A stretch of DNA of 64,000 bases from an uncultured virus (IMG/VR IMGVR_UViG_3300021425_000020) (taxonomy: Duplodnaviria > Heunggongvirae > Uroviricota > Caudoviricetes). Below are positions 7,995 to 16,215 of the stretch, in pieces (position 1 is the stretch's first letter; each line of letters begins with the position of its first letter). Position numbers and translations under genes: made by a program. The notes beneath the pieces are model-generated. The model searched no databases. It saw nothing but the letters and a program-made list of their open reading frames with translations, and was not told the DNA's origin. The stretch lies in the IMG/VR virus record IMGVR_UViG_3300021425_000020; one strand, given 5' to 3'.

Positions 7995-9524
7995 TTACAT
8001 TTTTACAGCAGCCGTACATACTTTAACTCCGTAGTGTTTTTCAAATTCTAATGCATCTGCTACAGTATTAACAATGGGTTTACCTTTGATGTTTAGGCTA
8101 GTGTTTAGCAGTATAGGGCAGCCTGTTTCTTCGTACCAACGTTCTAGCAATTTTCTAAAGCCCACGCTTTGATCTGCAGAAACTGTCTGTACCCTAGAGG
8201 TGCCGTCCCCGTGGATGATTGCAGGTAGTCCAGGATCTGTGCAAGTTGCCGTGTATTGCATATATGGTCCTGTTGGTCCATCAAAATAATCTTTGGCGTG
8301 TTCCTCCAATACAGCGGGTGCAAAGGGTCTGAAAAGCTGTCTCTTTTTGATGTTATTGACTCTGTCTTTGATGTCGGTTCCTCTAGGATCTGCAAGGAGG
8401 GAGCGGTGTCCAAGAGCTCTAGGGCCAAACTCTGCCCGGCCATTGGCAACGCCAACAATGCCAGTAGTAAGTAGTTCCTGTAACGCTTCTTCAACTGGAT
8501 AATCTCCTTCAATGTTATGTCCAAGATATGCACCTGGCCATTCAATATGTTGTTTCCAATGTGCTAACGGAGCTCCAATTGCACTGCCAGCATCACCCGG
8601 GTTGGGCATAATCCAAGCATCGTTCCAATCTTTTACAATACTACTGTTAGCAGCACAGTTTAATGCACACCCGCCCATTAAAATCAAGTTACCCGAAGGT
8701 GATTTCCATCTAGCCCAGTTGCTGATATACTTCAATAAGTACGCATATATTGCTTGTACAGCAGCCGCTATGTCCATTAGATCCTGTGGAGTATTTAGTT
8801 CGGGTCTCCACCACAAGCACCCCCTATGCAGGTTGTGTCGTAATTTAACTACGGGCTTGTTGAAAAATATTTGTTTTAGGTTATCGTGATCAATAGGGTA
8901 GAAAAATTCTTGTAGTATTTCATTCATAAACCTCATAGGGTCACCATAAGCTGCCATACCCATAAGGATATATTCATCCTCCTGTGGCTTTAGGCCTATT
9001 CTTTGCGTGAACGCTGAATACCAGAGACCGATGGAATGTGGGTACTGTTGTGAATATATTCTCCGGAGACCTTTTTCTTGGTTGGCGTTCCAGATAGTAA
9101 GTGTATCAAACTCTCCAATGCTGTCGATAACAACAATGCTGGCGTCAGTAAAAGGCGAAGTATAATAGCCGGCAGCAGCATGGGCAATATGATGATCAGT
9201 ATACCGAATAGGAGCAGATACACCGTAAGATCGAAGATAGCGACTAATATTGTTTTTACCAAAGTATTTGAATCCTTGCCCTGCTCTAAGTTGTCTAAGA
9301 GTTTTGACAAAGGGTCTTTCGTACCAAATAATTTCATCTGGTTCTCCGTATTTTTTTGCTTCACTTATTAATTTATCATTTAAATGGGCATCATTTTTTA
9401 TACCACTATAGCGTTCACTATGACTGGCAAATAGTAACTCCATACTATTATTAGCCCAAGGTCTATGATAAAATACAGCTAAAGCAGCATCGTGACTGTT
9501 AGCACTAATACCCCAAGTAATCAT
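7995..9524 (-). CDS. carbamoyltransferase, NodU/CmcH family
   Basis: Motifs SHDAA, ERYSGIKND, HHIAHAA, DSIGE, MGMAAYG, GGCALNC, GDAGSAIGA, EFGPRALGHRS, FRPFAP and LNTSLN. Confidence 0.95.
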   Translation of the reverse strand: MITWGISANSHDAALAVFYHRPWANNSMELLFASHSERYSGIKNDAHLNDKLISEAKKYGEPDEIIWYERPFVKTLRQLRAGQGFKYFGKNNISRYLRSYGVSAPIRYTDHHIAHAAAGYYTSPFTDASIVVIDSIGEFDTLTIWNANQEKGLRRIYSQQYPHSIGLWYSAFTQRIGLKPQEDEYILMGMAAYGDPMRFMNEILQEFFYPIDHDNLKQIFFNKPVVKLRHNLHRGCLWWRPELNTPQDLMDIAAAVQAIYAYLLKYISNWARWKSPSGNLILMGGCALNCAANSSIVKDWNDAWIMPNPGDAGSAIGAPLAHWKQHIEWPGAYLGHNIEGDYPVEEALQELLTTGIVGVANGRAEFGPRALGHRSLLADPRGTDIKDRVNNIKKRQLFRPFAPAVLEEHAKDYFDGPTGPYMQYTATCTDPGLPAIIHGDGTSRVQTVSADQSVGFRKLLERWYEETGCPILLNTSLNIKGKPIVNTVADALEFEKHYGVKVCTAAVKM

Positions 9525-9622
9525 GCAGCGTCAATAGCCGCCTGCATTAACATTTCAGGTAATCTACATACCCAAATGTAAGGTACCCAGAACAATATGT
9601 TATAGATGATAAGTTCAGTCAT
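9521..9622 (-). CDS. 33-aa hydrophobic microprotein (MTELIIYNILFWVPYIW...)
   Basis: Below the ORF-track size. It has a GGAGA SD and an ATGA overlap with the carbamoyltransferase start. Confidence 0.6.
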   Translation of the reverse strand: MTELIIYNILFWVPYIWVCRLPEMLMQAAIDAA

Positions 9623-9785
9623 TTTGTTTTCTCCTATGTACCATATCCCAATAGTCATCATTATCCATTGCTGGACGTTTTGCTACTTCTGCTTCTTGTG
9701 CAATTCTACGTTTGCGGGCTTGTCTAATACCCCACCAGAAGTACAGTTTCCAAAACAATTTTGTATCCATAATCCACTTCTTCAT
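9615..9785 (-). CDS. 56-aa Trp-rich basic microprotein (MKKWIMDTKLFWKLYFWWG...)
   Basis: ATGA coupling to the upstream 40-aa ORF; overlaps the next start codon. Confidence 0.6.
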   Translation of the reverse strand: MKKWIMDTKLFWKLYFWWGIRQARKRRIAQEAEVAKRPAMDNDDYWDMVHRRKQND

Positions 9786-9904
9786 TTGTATATAAAAGGA
9801 TCTCGTTTTCTTAACTCTTTCAAACGTTTTCTAAAACGCATTTCTTCTCTAATACGAGTGTATGGCCAAATAAGTATGCGCCAAATTTTTTTCAAGTAAA
9901 CCAT
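9782..9904 (-). CDS. 40-aa basic microprotein ending RKRLKELRKRDPFIYK
   Basis: Overlaps the primase stop and is coupled to the next ORF; translated by hand. Confidence 0.65.
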   Translation of the reverse strand: MVYLKKIWRILIWPYTRIREEMRFRKRLKELRKRDPFIYK

Positions 9905-10884
9905 TTCTTTGCTTTCAACCTTATTTTTAATGGGCTGCTTTCCGCAGCACTTGCTATACTATACAATGTATATAGTCTACCGTACTTAGCTACTGCATCG
10001 CCGATGTCATTTACGTCTGAGCTCCAATCAGGTAAACTAACATTCCAGCCTCGATCGATAGCCTGCTCCACCAACTTGCTGCCGGCTTTGTCTCTATCAG
10101 GCACAACATAAATGTCTTTGTTAAGTCTGTTAAGCAACAATGCTTGTGCATCACCAATGTCACTTCCTCCAATTGCACACCCTTCTACGTGTAGTGCATC
10201 AATCTGTCCTTCACACAATATGCAAAACACCTTGTGCGGACGTTGTTCGTCCAAATTAAACACATAGCCAGGCTGCATAGTAGTTAGGTACTTGCTTTTA
10301 CTTTCCCCTATTGCACGGGCTGTATATCCAACTATACGCCCCTCATAGTAAAAGGGTATAATAATTCTATCACGATAAGCAAGTGTTGGCGACCAGTGAT
10401 AATCTGTGTCCTCGATACTTAAATTTCTTTCTAACATATATTGAAATATTCGTACTATGCGCTCATCAAGATGTCCAGCTTCTGCCCACATATGTTTGGA
10501 CAGAGGCTCTGATCCTTCTGGTAGTTTTACCGTTTCAAACTCAGGCAGTTCAACACTATATTTTTGAACTTCTACACCTTCGTTTTCACGCATTACATCT
10601 AATGCTAATTTTGTAATTTCTTGGTCAGGAGTGTTCAACCACTCCAAAAGTTTTTTGAACTTATAACTGAGATTACGTCCTGGTTGCCAACTTGCTTTGA
10701 AGCCGCAGTTAAAACAATGATATGAAATAACTTCGCCTTCATAAATCACACCGCCTCTGCCTCTTGTATCTGCATTTTCATTATTGTGAACACAACAAGG
10801 CGCATTGAAACTGGTCCACCCACTAGGAGTAGTTTTGCGCTTTGCAGGCAGATATACATTCAAAAGATCAGATACGATGCTCAT
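9892..10884 (-). CDS. DNA primase (T4 gp61-like)
   Basis: Zn ribbon PCC..HCFNC; TOPRIM motifs CEGQID and PDRD; NDIGD. Confidence 0.9.
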   Translation of the reverse strand: MSIVSDLLNVYLPAKRKTTPSGWTSFNAPCCVHNNENADTRGRGGVIYEGEVISYHCFNCGFKASWQPGRNLSYKFKKLLEWLNTPDQEITKLALDVMRENEGVEVQKYSVELPEFETVKLPEGSEPLSKHMWAEAGHLDERIVRIFQYMLERNLSIEDTDYHWSPTLAYRDRIIIPFYYEGRIVGYTARAIGESKSKYLTTMQPGYVFNLDEQRPHKVFCILCEGQIDALHVEGCAIGGSDIGDAQALLLNRLNKDIYVVPDRDKAGSKLVEQAIDRGWNVSLPDWSSDVNDIGDAVAKYGRLYTLYSIASAAESSPLKIRLKAKKWFT

Positions 10885-10890
10885 ACAAGT

Positions 10891-10919
10891 ATACTAGCAT
10901 CGTAAATTTAGATTGTCAA
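10891..10919 (-). promoter_or_regulatory. sigma70-like promoter, leaderless geometry
   Basis: TTGACA-N17-TAGTAT (TG-extended), then 6 nt to the primase ATG. Confidence 0.8.
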
Positions 10920-11269
10920 TGATTTAATTTTATACTATTAACAGTTCCGTCGGTGTATTCTACTGTAGCTCTTACCCATACATAGTTGCCTGTGAAGTTG
11001 TATAAGAAACTTCCTGTATTGTTTGCACTGCTGTCGTCTGCACTTGTATGAGTAACAATTCCAAACCAATCGTCTGCACCTGGATTAGTTGCAAGAGTTG
11101 CTTGTATAGTTACTGTGCCTATAAATCCATTGACAGTGATTTGCACTGTATGAAAACCATCTGCTCTACTGTAGTATCCATCGCCCTTGAACGCATTGCC
11201 TTCTACAGTTTCTGTAGTACTATCTCCTGGGTGTGTATTTGCTGATAATATTATTTCACTGTTTGCCAT
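10916..11269 (-). CDS. hypothetical beta-rich protein, probably virion-associated
   Basis: Similar to the C-terminal half of the upstream gene (HTV...G...IQATL...W...F.G.Y..R). Confidence 0.65.
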   Translation of the reverse strand: MANSEIILSANTHPGDSTTETVEGNAFKGDGYYSRADGFHTVQITVNGFIGTVTIQATLATNPGADDWFGIVTHTSADDSSANNTGSFLYNFTGNYVWVRATVEYTDGTVNSIKLNH

Positions 11270-11270
11270 T

Positions 11271-12059
11271 TTAATTTCTCACTAATATCTTTGTAATCTT
11301 ATTGTCAGGATCAGCAGTAGCTTTGAATCGCAAATAACTATACACGCCGTTAAAACTTGCTGGTACTGGCTCAGTTTCGCTTCCGTCAAATGTGATTGTA
11401 CTTACAGTTGCCCAATTATTCATACCTGTAATTTGATTATCCAATGTTGCTTGTATTTCTAAATTGCCGACATAATTGTTGGTGTATACTGCTACTGTGT
11501 GTAGCGCATCATTACCGTTTAAACCAGGTTCTGCTGTTATTTTATTTGCATCGTCACTGCCTGCTACCCAATAGTCTTCTACTGCAAAAAAGTTTTCAAC
11601 TTCAACACTGCTTTTTGGACCAGCATAAGACGTTCCATCTACATAGATTTGTCCAGCACTATCAAATCCTCTACTTGCATATGTTATCGTATTTCCTGAG
11701 TCTGATTCTAAATATATGTTGTAGTGTAGATATTGTTGTTTTACATTCAGCAAATCGTTTTCTAAAAGTGAAACAGTAAATTGCCCTTTTGTTGCTGTTG
11801 TTGATCCATCATCTTGTACAGTACAATCTTTTTCTATAATTTTATTATTTGCCTCATCATAGATCACTATCACAGGAGTGTCTGTAATTCTAACTGGTTT
11901 TTGATCTGCATTTAATAATCTAAATTGTAATTTGTTATCAATTCCTCTATAAACTTTTAATTGTCTGCTATACACTGGTCTATACTCCACAACGAATCCT
12001 ACATCGTTTGATACAACGTCTATTTGATTTTTGTATAAATATCTAGGTATTAGTTGCAT
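11271..12059 (-). CDS. hypothetical virion protein (possible BppU-like N-terminal domain)
   Basis: Clean 262-aa ORF with TAAATA at 12082-12087 upstream. The product assignment is weak. Confidence 0.55.
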   Translation of the reverse strand: MQLIPRYLYKNQIDVVSNDVGFVVEYRPVYSRQLKVYRGIDNKLQFRLLNADQKPVRITDTPVIVIYDEANNKIIEKDCTVQDDGSTTATKGQFTVSLLENDLLNVKQQYLHYNIYLESDSGNTITYASRGFDSAGQIYVDGTSYAGPKSSVEVENFFAVEDYWVAGSDDANKITAEPGLNGNDALHTVAVYTNNYVGNLEIQATLDNQITGMNNWATVSTITFDGSETEPVPASFNGVYSYLRFKATADPDNKITKILVRN

Positions 12060-12097
12060 AAAGGATCCTTTACTATATACATATTTATTAAAAATTA

Positions 12098-12140
12098 TTA
12101 TTTAAAGATATTGAGAACAAATGTTATTAAAAGATATTGA
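12098..12140 (+). repeat. 17-bp imperfect direct repeat spanning a start codon
   Basis: TTATTTAAAGATATTGA (12098-12114) versus TTATTAAAAGATATTGA (12124-12140). Confidence 0.55.
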
Positions 12141-12492
12141 AAAGAAATTTCCGTACGTAAGTGTAGTAGCTTATGGCGGTAATGAATATGTAGGTATTGT
12201 TTCTAATCAAGATACTTTTGTAACAACAATGTATGTTTTTAATAAATTAAGAACAGAGATAGAAAAAAGGACATTCTTAGAAATGGGCGAAATATGGTGG
12301 TGGGAATCAAATAGAATGATTCCTATCAATATTTTCCTCAAAAGCGAAATGGAACAATTTTCTTATAGTATGATGACAATGAACACAAAAGATGTTAAAG
12401 TTACTGTTGGTCCATGTGTTAATTTGAATAATTTATCTCATAAAAGAATTAAAAGAAAAAGCGTACAAGTTATGCGTCGACCGGCTCGATAA
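12121..12492 (+). CDS. hypothetical protein (123 aa)
   Basis: Fills a gap on the opposite strand; GAGA SD-like sequence upstream. Confidence 0.75.
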   Translation: MLLKDIEKKFPYVSVVAYGGNEYVGIVSNQDTFVTTMYVFNKLRTEIEKRTFLEMGEIWWWESNRMIPINIFLKSEMEQFSYSMMTMNTKDVKVTVGPCVNLNNLSHKRIKRKSVQVMRRPAR

Positions 12493-12970
12493 ACCAAACA
12501 TTGTTTGGACCTATCTCGTAATGTTCAATTAATTCATTAACTGCTTGATTTACTCCAGGATAATCTATATCGTGTCCACATAATATTCCTTTTGCTTTTT
12601 CTCTATACAAAAGTATGTCACTTTTACATCCGTGATATCTATGATCAGCATCTATAAAAACCAAGTCTACAGATGGTACTTGTTCTACAACATTGTAACT
12701 ATAACCTTGCACAGGCACAAGCCTATCTTGATATTTTTCAATAATATCTTTCCTAGCAAATAAAGATGTATTTTTATCTATTGCATAAATTTTTAAATTA
12801 GGATTATTATCTAACAAATAAAATGTAGTACGGCCATCTCTAACTCCTACTTCTATCATTGAGTTGTAATTGTATTTTTGTATTAAGTAATTTAGAAAAT
12901 ATTTTCTATTAGGTTTACCTGACCAATTTATTGTTGGTGTTATTTCTAACAAGTCATTGCGTTTGCTCAT
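12470..12970 (-). CDS. class I SAM-dependent methyltransferase (Methyltransf_24-like)
   Basis: Motifs IEVGVRDG, DLVFIDADH and GILCGHD. Confidence 0.85.
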   Translation of the reverse strand: MSKRNDLLEITPTINWSGKPNRKYFLNYLIQKYNYNSMIEVGVRDGRTTFYLLDNNPNLKIYAIDKNTSLFARKDIIEKYQDRLVPVQGYSYNVVEQVPSVDLVFIDADHRYHGCKSDILLYREKAKGILCGHDIDYPGVNQAVNELIEHYEIGPNNVWFIEPVDA

Positions 12971-13523
12971 TAAGTTGCTCACAAATTAAATTCATATGTA
13001 CTACAACACTGGTTGCATATGCAATAGCGTGTGCTTTTTTAAAGTAATAGCTATCGTCTTCTGGCTTAATCCAAACTTCTTTTAGAATTGTTTGCCAGTC
13101 TTTGTTCAGCAGATATCTCTTTGCTGGACGTATAATTGCTAATACTGCTGCCAGTTTTTCTATGCTGTCTGGCTGTAGTGTTCTTAGTATCTCCCCATGT
13201 CCGCTGACGTGAAACAGCAAGTTGGTGAAATCGTCGTGCTCCAGTAGTTGCCATTGTGGCTCCTTGTGCATAAGTTGTTGTAAATGTGCTTCGCCTTTTA
13301 CATCGTTATAGATAGTAACATTCAAAAAGTCTAGTTTAAAATAGCCTCTGTCTTCGGCAGTTTTATAATCAATAGTAGATAAGTTGTCCACAGGATTATG
13401 CGGACACTCTGTAACATATACACCAGTGTTGTGTTTTTTACCTGTATCTAGTTTTGCTACACGATGTTCAATCTTGTCAAGTAGAACACTGCGATCTGCA
13501 AAGTCGATATCAATATCAGGCAT
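12954..13523 (-). CDS. minimal DnaE-like (family C polymerase core) protein, 189 aa
   Basis: Motifs MPDIDIDF, KHNTGVY, YFKLDFL, LAAVLAIIRP and YYFKKAHAIAYA. Confidence 0.85.
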   Translation of the reverse strand: MPDIDIDFADRSVLLDKIEHRVAKLDTGKKHNTGVYVTECPHNPVDNLSTIDYKTAEDRGYFKLDFLNVTIYNDVKGEAHLQQLMHKEPQWQLLEHDDFTNLLFHVSGHGEILRTLQPDSIEKLAAVLAIIRPAKRYLLNKDWQTILKEVWIKPEDDSYYFKKAHAIAYATSVVVHMNLICEQLNEQTQ

Positions 13524-13698
13524 TTACTTTACTCCAATGCTTTTCGCCTTCTTTGGGTGTGTTACCAATATACTCTTCTCCTGTTTCTCTGTCAACCAGT
13601 TTCCACTTCATAGGTGCTTTGGTTTTTACAACAAGTTCAACAGGTTCGTCAAGTTCATATACTTGTACGCCATCTTGTAATTTTCTAAATGTAGTCAT
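13516..13698 (-). CDS. hypothetical protein (60 aa)
   Basis: Coupled to its neighbours by overlapping start/stop codons. Confidence 0.65.
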   Translation of the reverse strand: MTTFRKLQDGVQVYELDEPVELVVKTKAPMKWKLVDRETGEEYIGNTPKEGEKHWSKVNA

Positions 13699-14375
13699 AA
13701 ATTCATTTCCTTGATAATTTGTTTTGCAAATTCTACATCTTTTGGTTGTCTTTTAAATCTAAGTGCCCAATGACTAGGATCTAATACAGTACCTAACATA
13801 CTCAATTGTTCGTCGTTAAAATTATTAAGTGCAGATTTTCCACTTGTACAGTTTAGCACTAACCAAGGACTTATCTTACCATCTTTGATATCCCAAGTAA
13901 TTCTATTTGTACTTGCATAAGAAAAGTAATGATTGTATATGCTTTCTTTTTCTTTAGCCCATTCTACCATGGTATTTATACTGCGCTCTAATGCTGTTTC
14001 AACACCTTCTTTGCGAATAAGTTCAATAGCATATTTTTCATACATCTCTTCTCTACACCAGTGATCAAGTTTTACGTTACTGGTAACAACATAGTCTATG
14101 TACTTGTCTGGATATAACGGCCGCACATTGTTAACAAAACTGCCAAACTTAACAAAAGCATTATAAAACGATGACTTAACAAATTCTTCATATGTTTTAT
14201 CTTTCTTGTGTCCAGCACTCAACTTGTAAAATCTTTGAAATGCATAAAAACCAATCTGTACAGGTTTTTCATCTTTTTGTAACCAACGTCTTTTTGTCTC
14301 ACACATATGTGCAAGTAATGTACTTTCTTTTACATAACTTTTATTACAGTATTCACAAGTGTATTTAGATGTCAA
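13695..14375 (-). CDS. hypothetical protein with N-terminal C2HC/C2H2-type zinc finger
   Basis: Motif YTCEYCNKSY..ESTLLAHMC. The start is uncertain (TTG at 14375; the ORF track extends to 14438). Confidence 0.7.
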   Translation of the reverse strand: MTSKYTCEYCNKSYVKESTLLAHMCETKRRWLQKDEKPVQIGFYAFQRFYKLSAGHKKDKTYEEFVKSSFYNAFVKFGSFVNNVRPLYPDKYIDYVVTSNVKLDHWCREEMYEKYAIELIRKEGVETALERSINTMVEWAKEKESIYNHYFSYASTNRITWDIKDGKISPWLVLNCTSGKSALNNFNDEQLSMLGTVLDPSHWALRFKRQPKDVEFAKQIIKEMNL

Positions 14376-14835
14376 CTTTTTCGTAACCGTGTTCTTTGGC
14401 GAGCTCTTTGATTTCTTTTTTTGTAGATATTCTAGCAAGTGTTTCTACCTCATCCATTTTCATTTCTGGATATATTTGTGCTAATAATTTTACTGCTTTG
14501 CTGCTGTCGTCTTTTTTCTTTTTAAGTCCAATCCACGGGTGGAATTGTTTTTTACCTGTTTTGCCTGCAACACATAATAGCTGCCATTGCAGTTTAACAT
14601 GATTGGTGCCACCTAGTACATTCCAGTTTTTGTTATAGTATTCATTAACTTTAAAAACTGCTAGTGCAGTCTTTTCATAATTGCCTTTTACACTGCTAAT
14701 ATAACGGTTTAGATTCCATAAGTCAAGTTTAATATCTTTCTTGCCATCTTCGCCAGCAGCATCATACAGCTCTTTGAAACCCATATCAATGCTTGGAATA
14801 AGTTCTTTAAAAAGATCTAATTCTTTATTTGGCAT
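14365..14835 (-). CDS. putative clamp-loader small subunit (T4 gp62-like)
   Basis: Pattern LNRYIS...VNEY.N...KLQWQLL...FHPWI..KK, matching size and replication context. Confidence 0.5.
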   Translation of the reverse strand: MPNKELDLFKELIPSIDMGFKELYDAAGEDGKKDIKLDLWNLNRYISSVKGNYEKTALAVFKVNEYYNKNWNVLGGTNHVKLQWQLLCVAGKTGKKQFHPWIGLKKKKDDSSKAVKLLAQIYPEMKMDEVETLARISTKKEIKELAKEHGYEKVDI

Positions 14836-14983
14836 TGGCTGACTTCTTCTTTTTAGCACCCCAGGTGTAAGTCAGTTCTTCGACTGGAGTTGTTGCACCG
14901 GATGGACATACTTCAACTTTGTTACCTTTATCAAGCCATTCTCGAATTGCTTTTTTATCTTCTTCGCTCATTATATCACGCAT
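14825..14983 (-). CDS. 52-aa microprotein, possible SutA-like RNAP-binding domain
   Basis: MRDIMSEEDKKAIREWLDKGNKVEVCPSG...; fills the gap between kdsB and the next gene with short overlaps. Confidence 0.6.
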   Translation of the reverse strand: MRDIMSEEDKKAIREWLDKGNKVEVCPSGATTPVEELTYTWGAKKKKSANAK

Positions 14984-15644
14984 TGTTTTCTTTCCACTTT
15001 TCTAAATCTTGTGGAGTATTAATTTCAATACCGTCAAACTCAACTTCTACTACACCAATCTTAACACCATTTTGTATCCAACGCAGTTGTTCAAGTTTTT
15101 CAATATCTTCTTCTACAAACTTTGTACTGGCATTATACATTACTTTAGCTTCACGATTGTATCCATAAACACCCAAGTGATGATCCCCGTATTCTAAACT
15201 TGCACGTAAAAACCAATGTGCTCTACCTCTACTGTGAATCATTTTAACACTGTTTGGATCATTTCGCAAGTTGAAATTCATTGGTGTATATGCAGTTGCT
15301 ACATCACTGCGTTTAAGTTCATCTTCAACTGCACGTATTACATCTAGTGTAATATCAGGCATATCTCCTTGTACATTTATATACCTATCATACTCTAGTA
15401 CTTCGTCTATAACTTGCATACAGCGTTCTGTGCCATTTTCTGCTTCTGTAGTCCATAGACACTTGCTACCGCCTAAGTAGTTATACACTTCTTGATTATC
15501 TGTAAGCACATAAGTATCTAATCCTGTAGCTTCACATTTGTTGTAAATATGTTCTATCATAGGAACGCCATTTAGTTTGGCCATAACTTTTCCAGGAAAT
15601 CGTGTGCTATTATATCTTGCAGGTATTAATATCGCTGTTGTCAT
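14976..15644 (-). CDS. kdsB: 3-deoxy-manno-octulosonate cytidylyltransferase (CMP-Kdo synthetase)
   Basis: Motifs IPARYNSTRFPGK, GTER, INVQGD.P, HLGVYGY, EKLEQLR and INTPQD. Confidence 0.93.
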   Translation of the reverse strand: MTTAILIPARYNSTRFPGKVMAKLNGVPMIEHIYNKCEATGLDTYVLTDNQEVYNYLGGSKCLWTTEAENGTERCMQVIDEVLEYDRYINVQGDMPDITLDVIRAVEDELKRSDVATAYTPMNFNLRNDPNSVKMIHSRGRAHWFLRASLEYGDHHLGVYGYNREAKVMYNASTKFVEEDIEKLEQLRWIQNGVKIGVVEVEFDGIEINTPQDLEKWKENNA

Positions 15645-15645
15645 T

Positions 15646-16215
15646 TTACATCCTTATCATTTCCCAAACATCATCTTTTATTTTTGTAATGTTTGGAATA
15701 CAGTCATAATCTACATAGGTTTTATTACTAAATTTACAACTGTCTTTTGCTAACATTATTTTTGCTTTTGTATTACGTAGCCAAAAATCATAACCTAACG
15801 GTCTTGATTTAACACAAATATCCCAAGCTTGTCCATACATATACACCTCTGAAATATTTTCTAAAATTTGTGCAGGAATTTCCCAAGGATAATGTATAGT
15901 ATACAATTTTTTTGTTTTTGTCAACCTCCAAACATCAGGATTGGTAATATGGTCTTTTCTATTATTAAAAACTTTATCCGATCTAATGTTGTTAATTTTT
16001 TTATTCCAATTATCTTTTCCTACAAATTCTTCCGTATCTAAAGCTACTGGTGTTTGCCATTCTAAAGCTACTACATCATATGTCGCCACAATAACAGTAT
16101 CTATATCCCTCGATTGTATATCTTTCAAGTATCTTTTTATAGTTTTTACATCAGATAAAGGAACTGTTTCATCAACAGTTTGCCAACAATCTACAAGCAC
16201 TGCTATCTTTTTCAT
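15646..16215 (-). CDS. isochorismatase/cysteine-hydrolase-like protein
   Basis: AVLVDCW near the N-terminus and YGQAWDICV (G...D.CV nucleophile motif). Confidence 0.5.
   Translation of the reverse strand: MKKIAVLVDCWQTVDETVPLSDVKTIKRYLKDIQSRDIDTVIVATYDVVALEWQTPVALDTEEFVGKDNWNKKINNIRSDKVFNNRKDHITNPDVWRLTKTKKLYTIHYPWEIPAQILENISEVYMYGQAWDICVKSRPLGYDFWLRNTKAKIMLAKDSCKFSNKTYVDYDCIPNITKIKDDVWEMIRM

Noticed and set aside
4493..13523. Split dnaE (two halves of one polymerase, possibly intein-joined)
   Set aside because: Both ORFs contain the same PDxDxD, KxD and AHA motifs, so they are paralogs rather than complementary halves. No intein motifs were seen.
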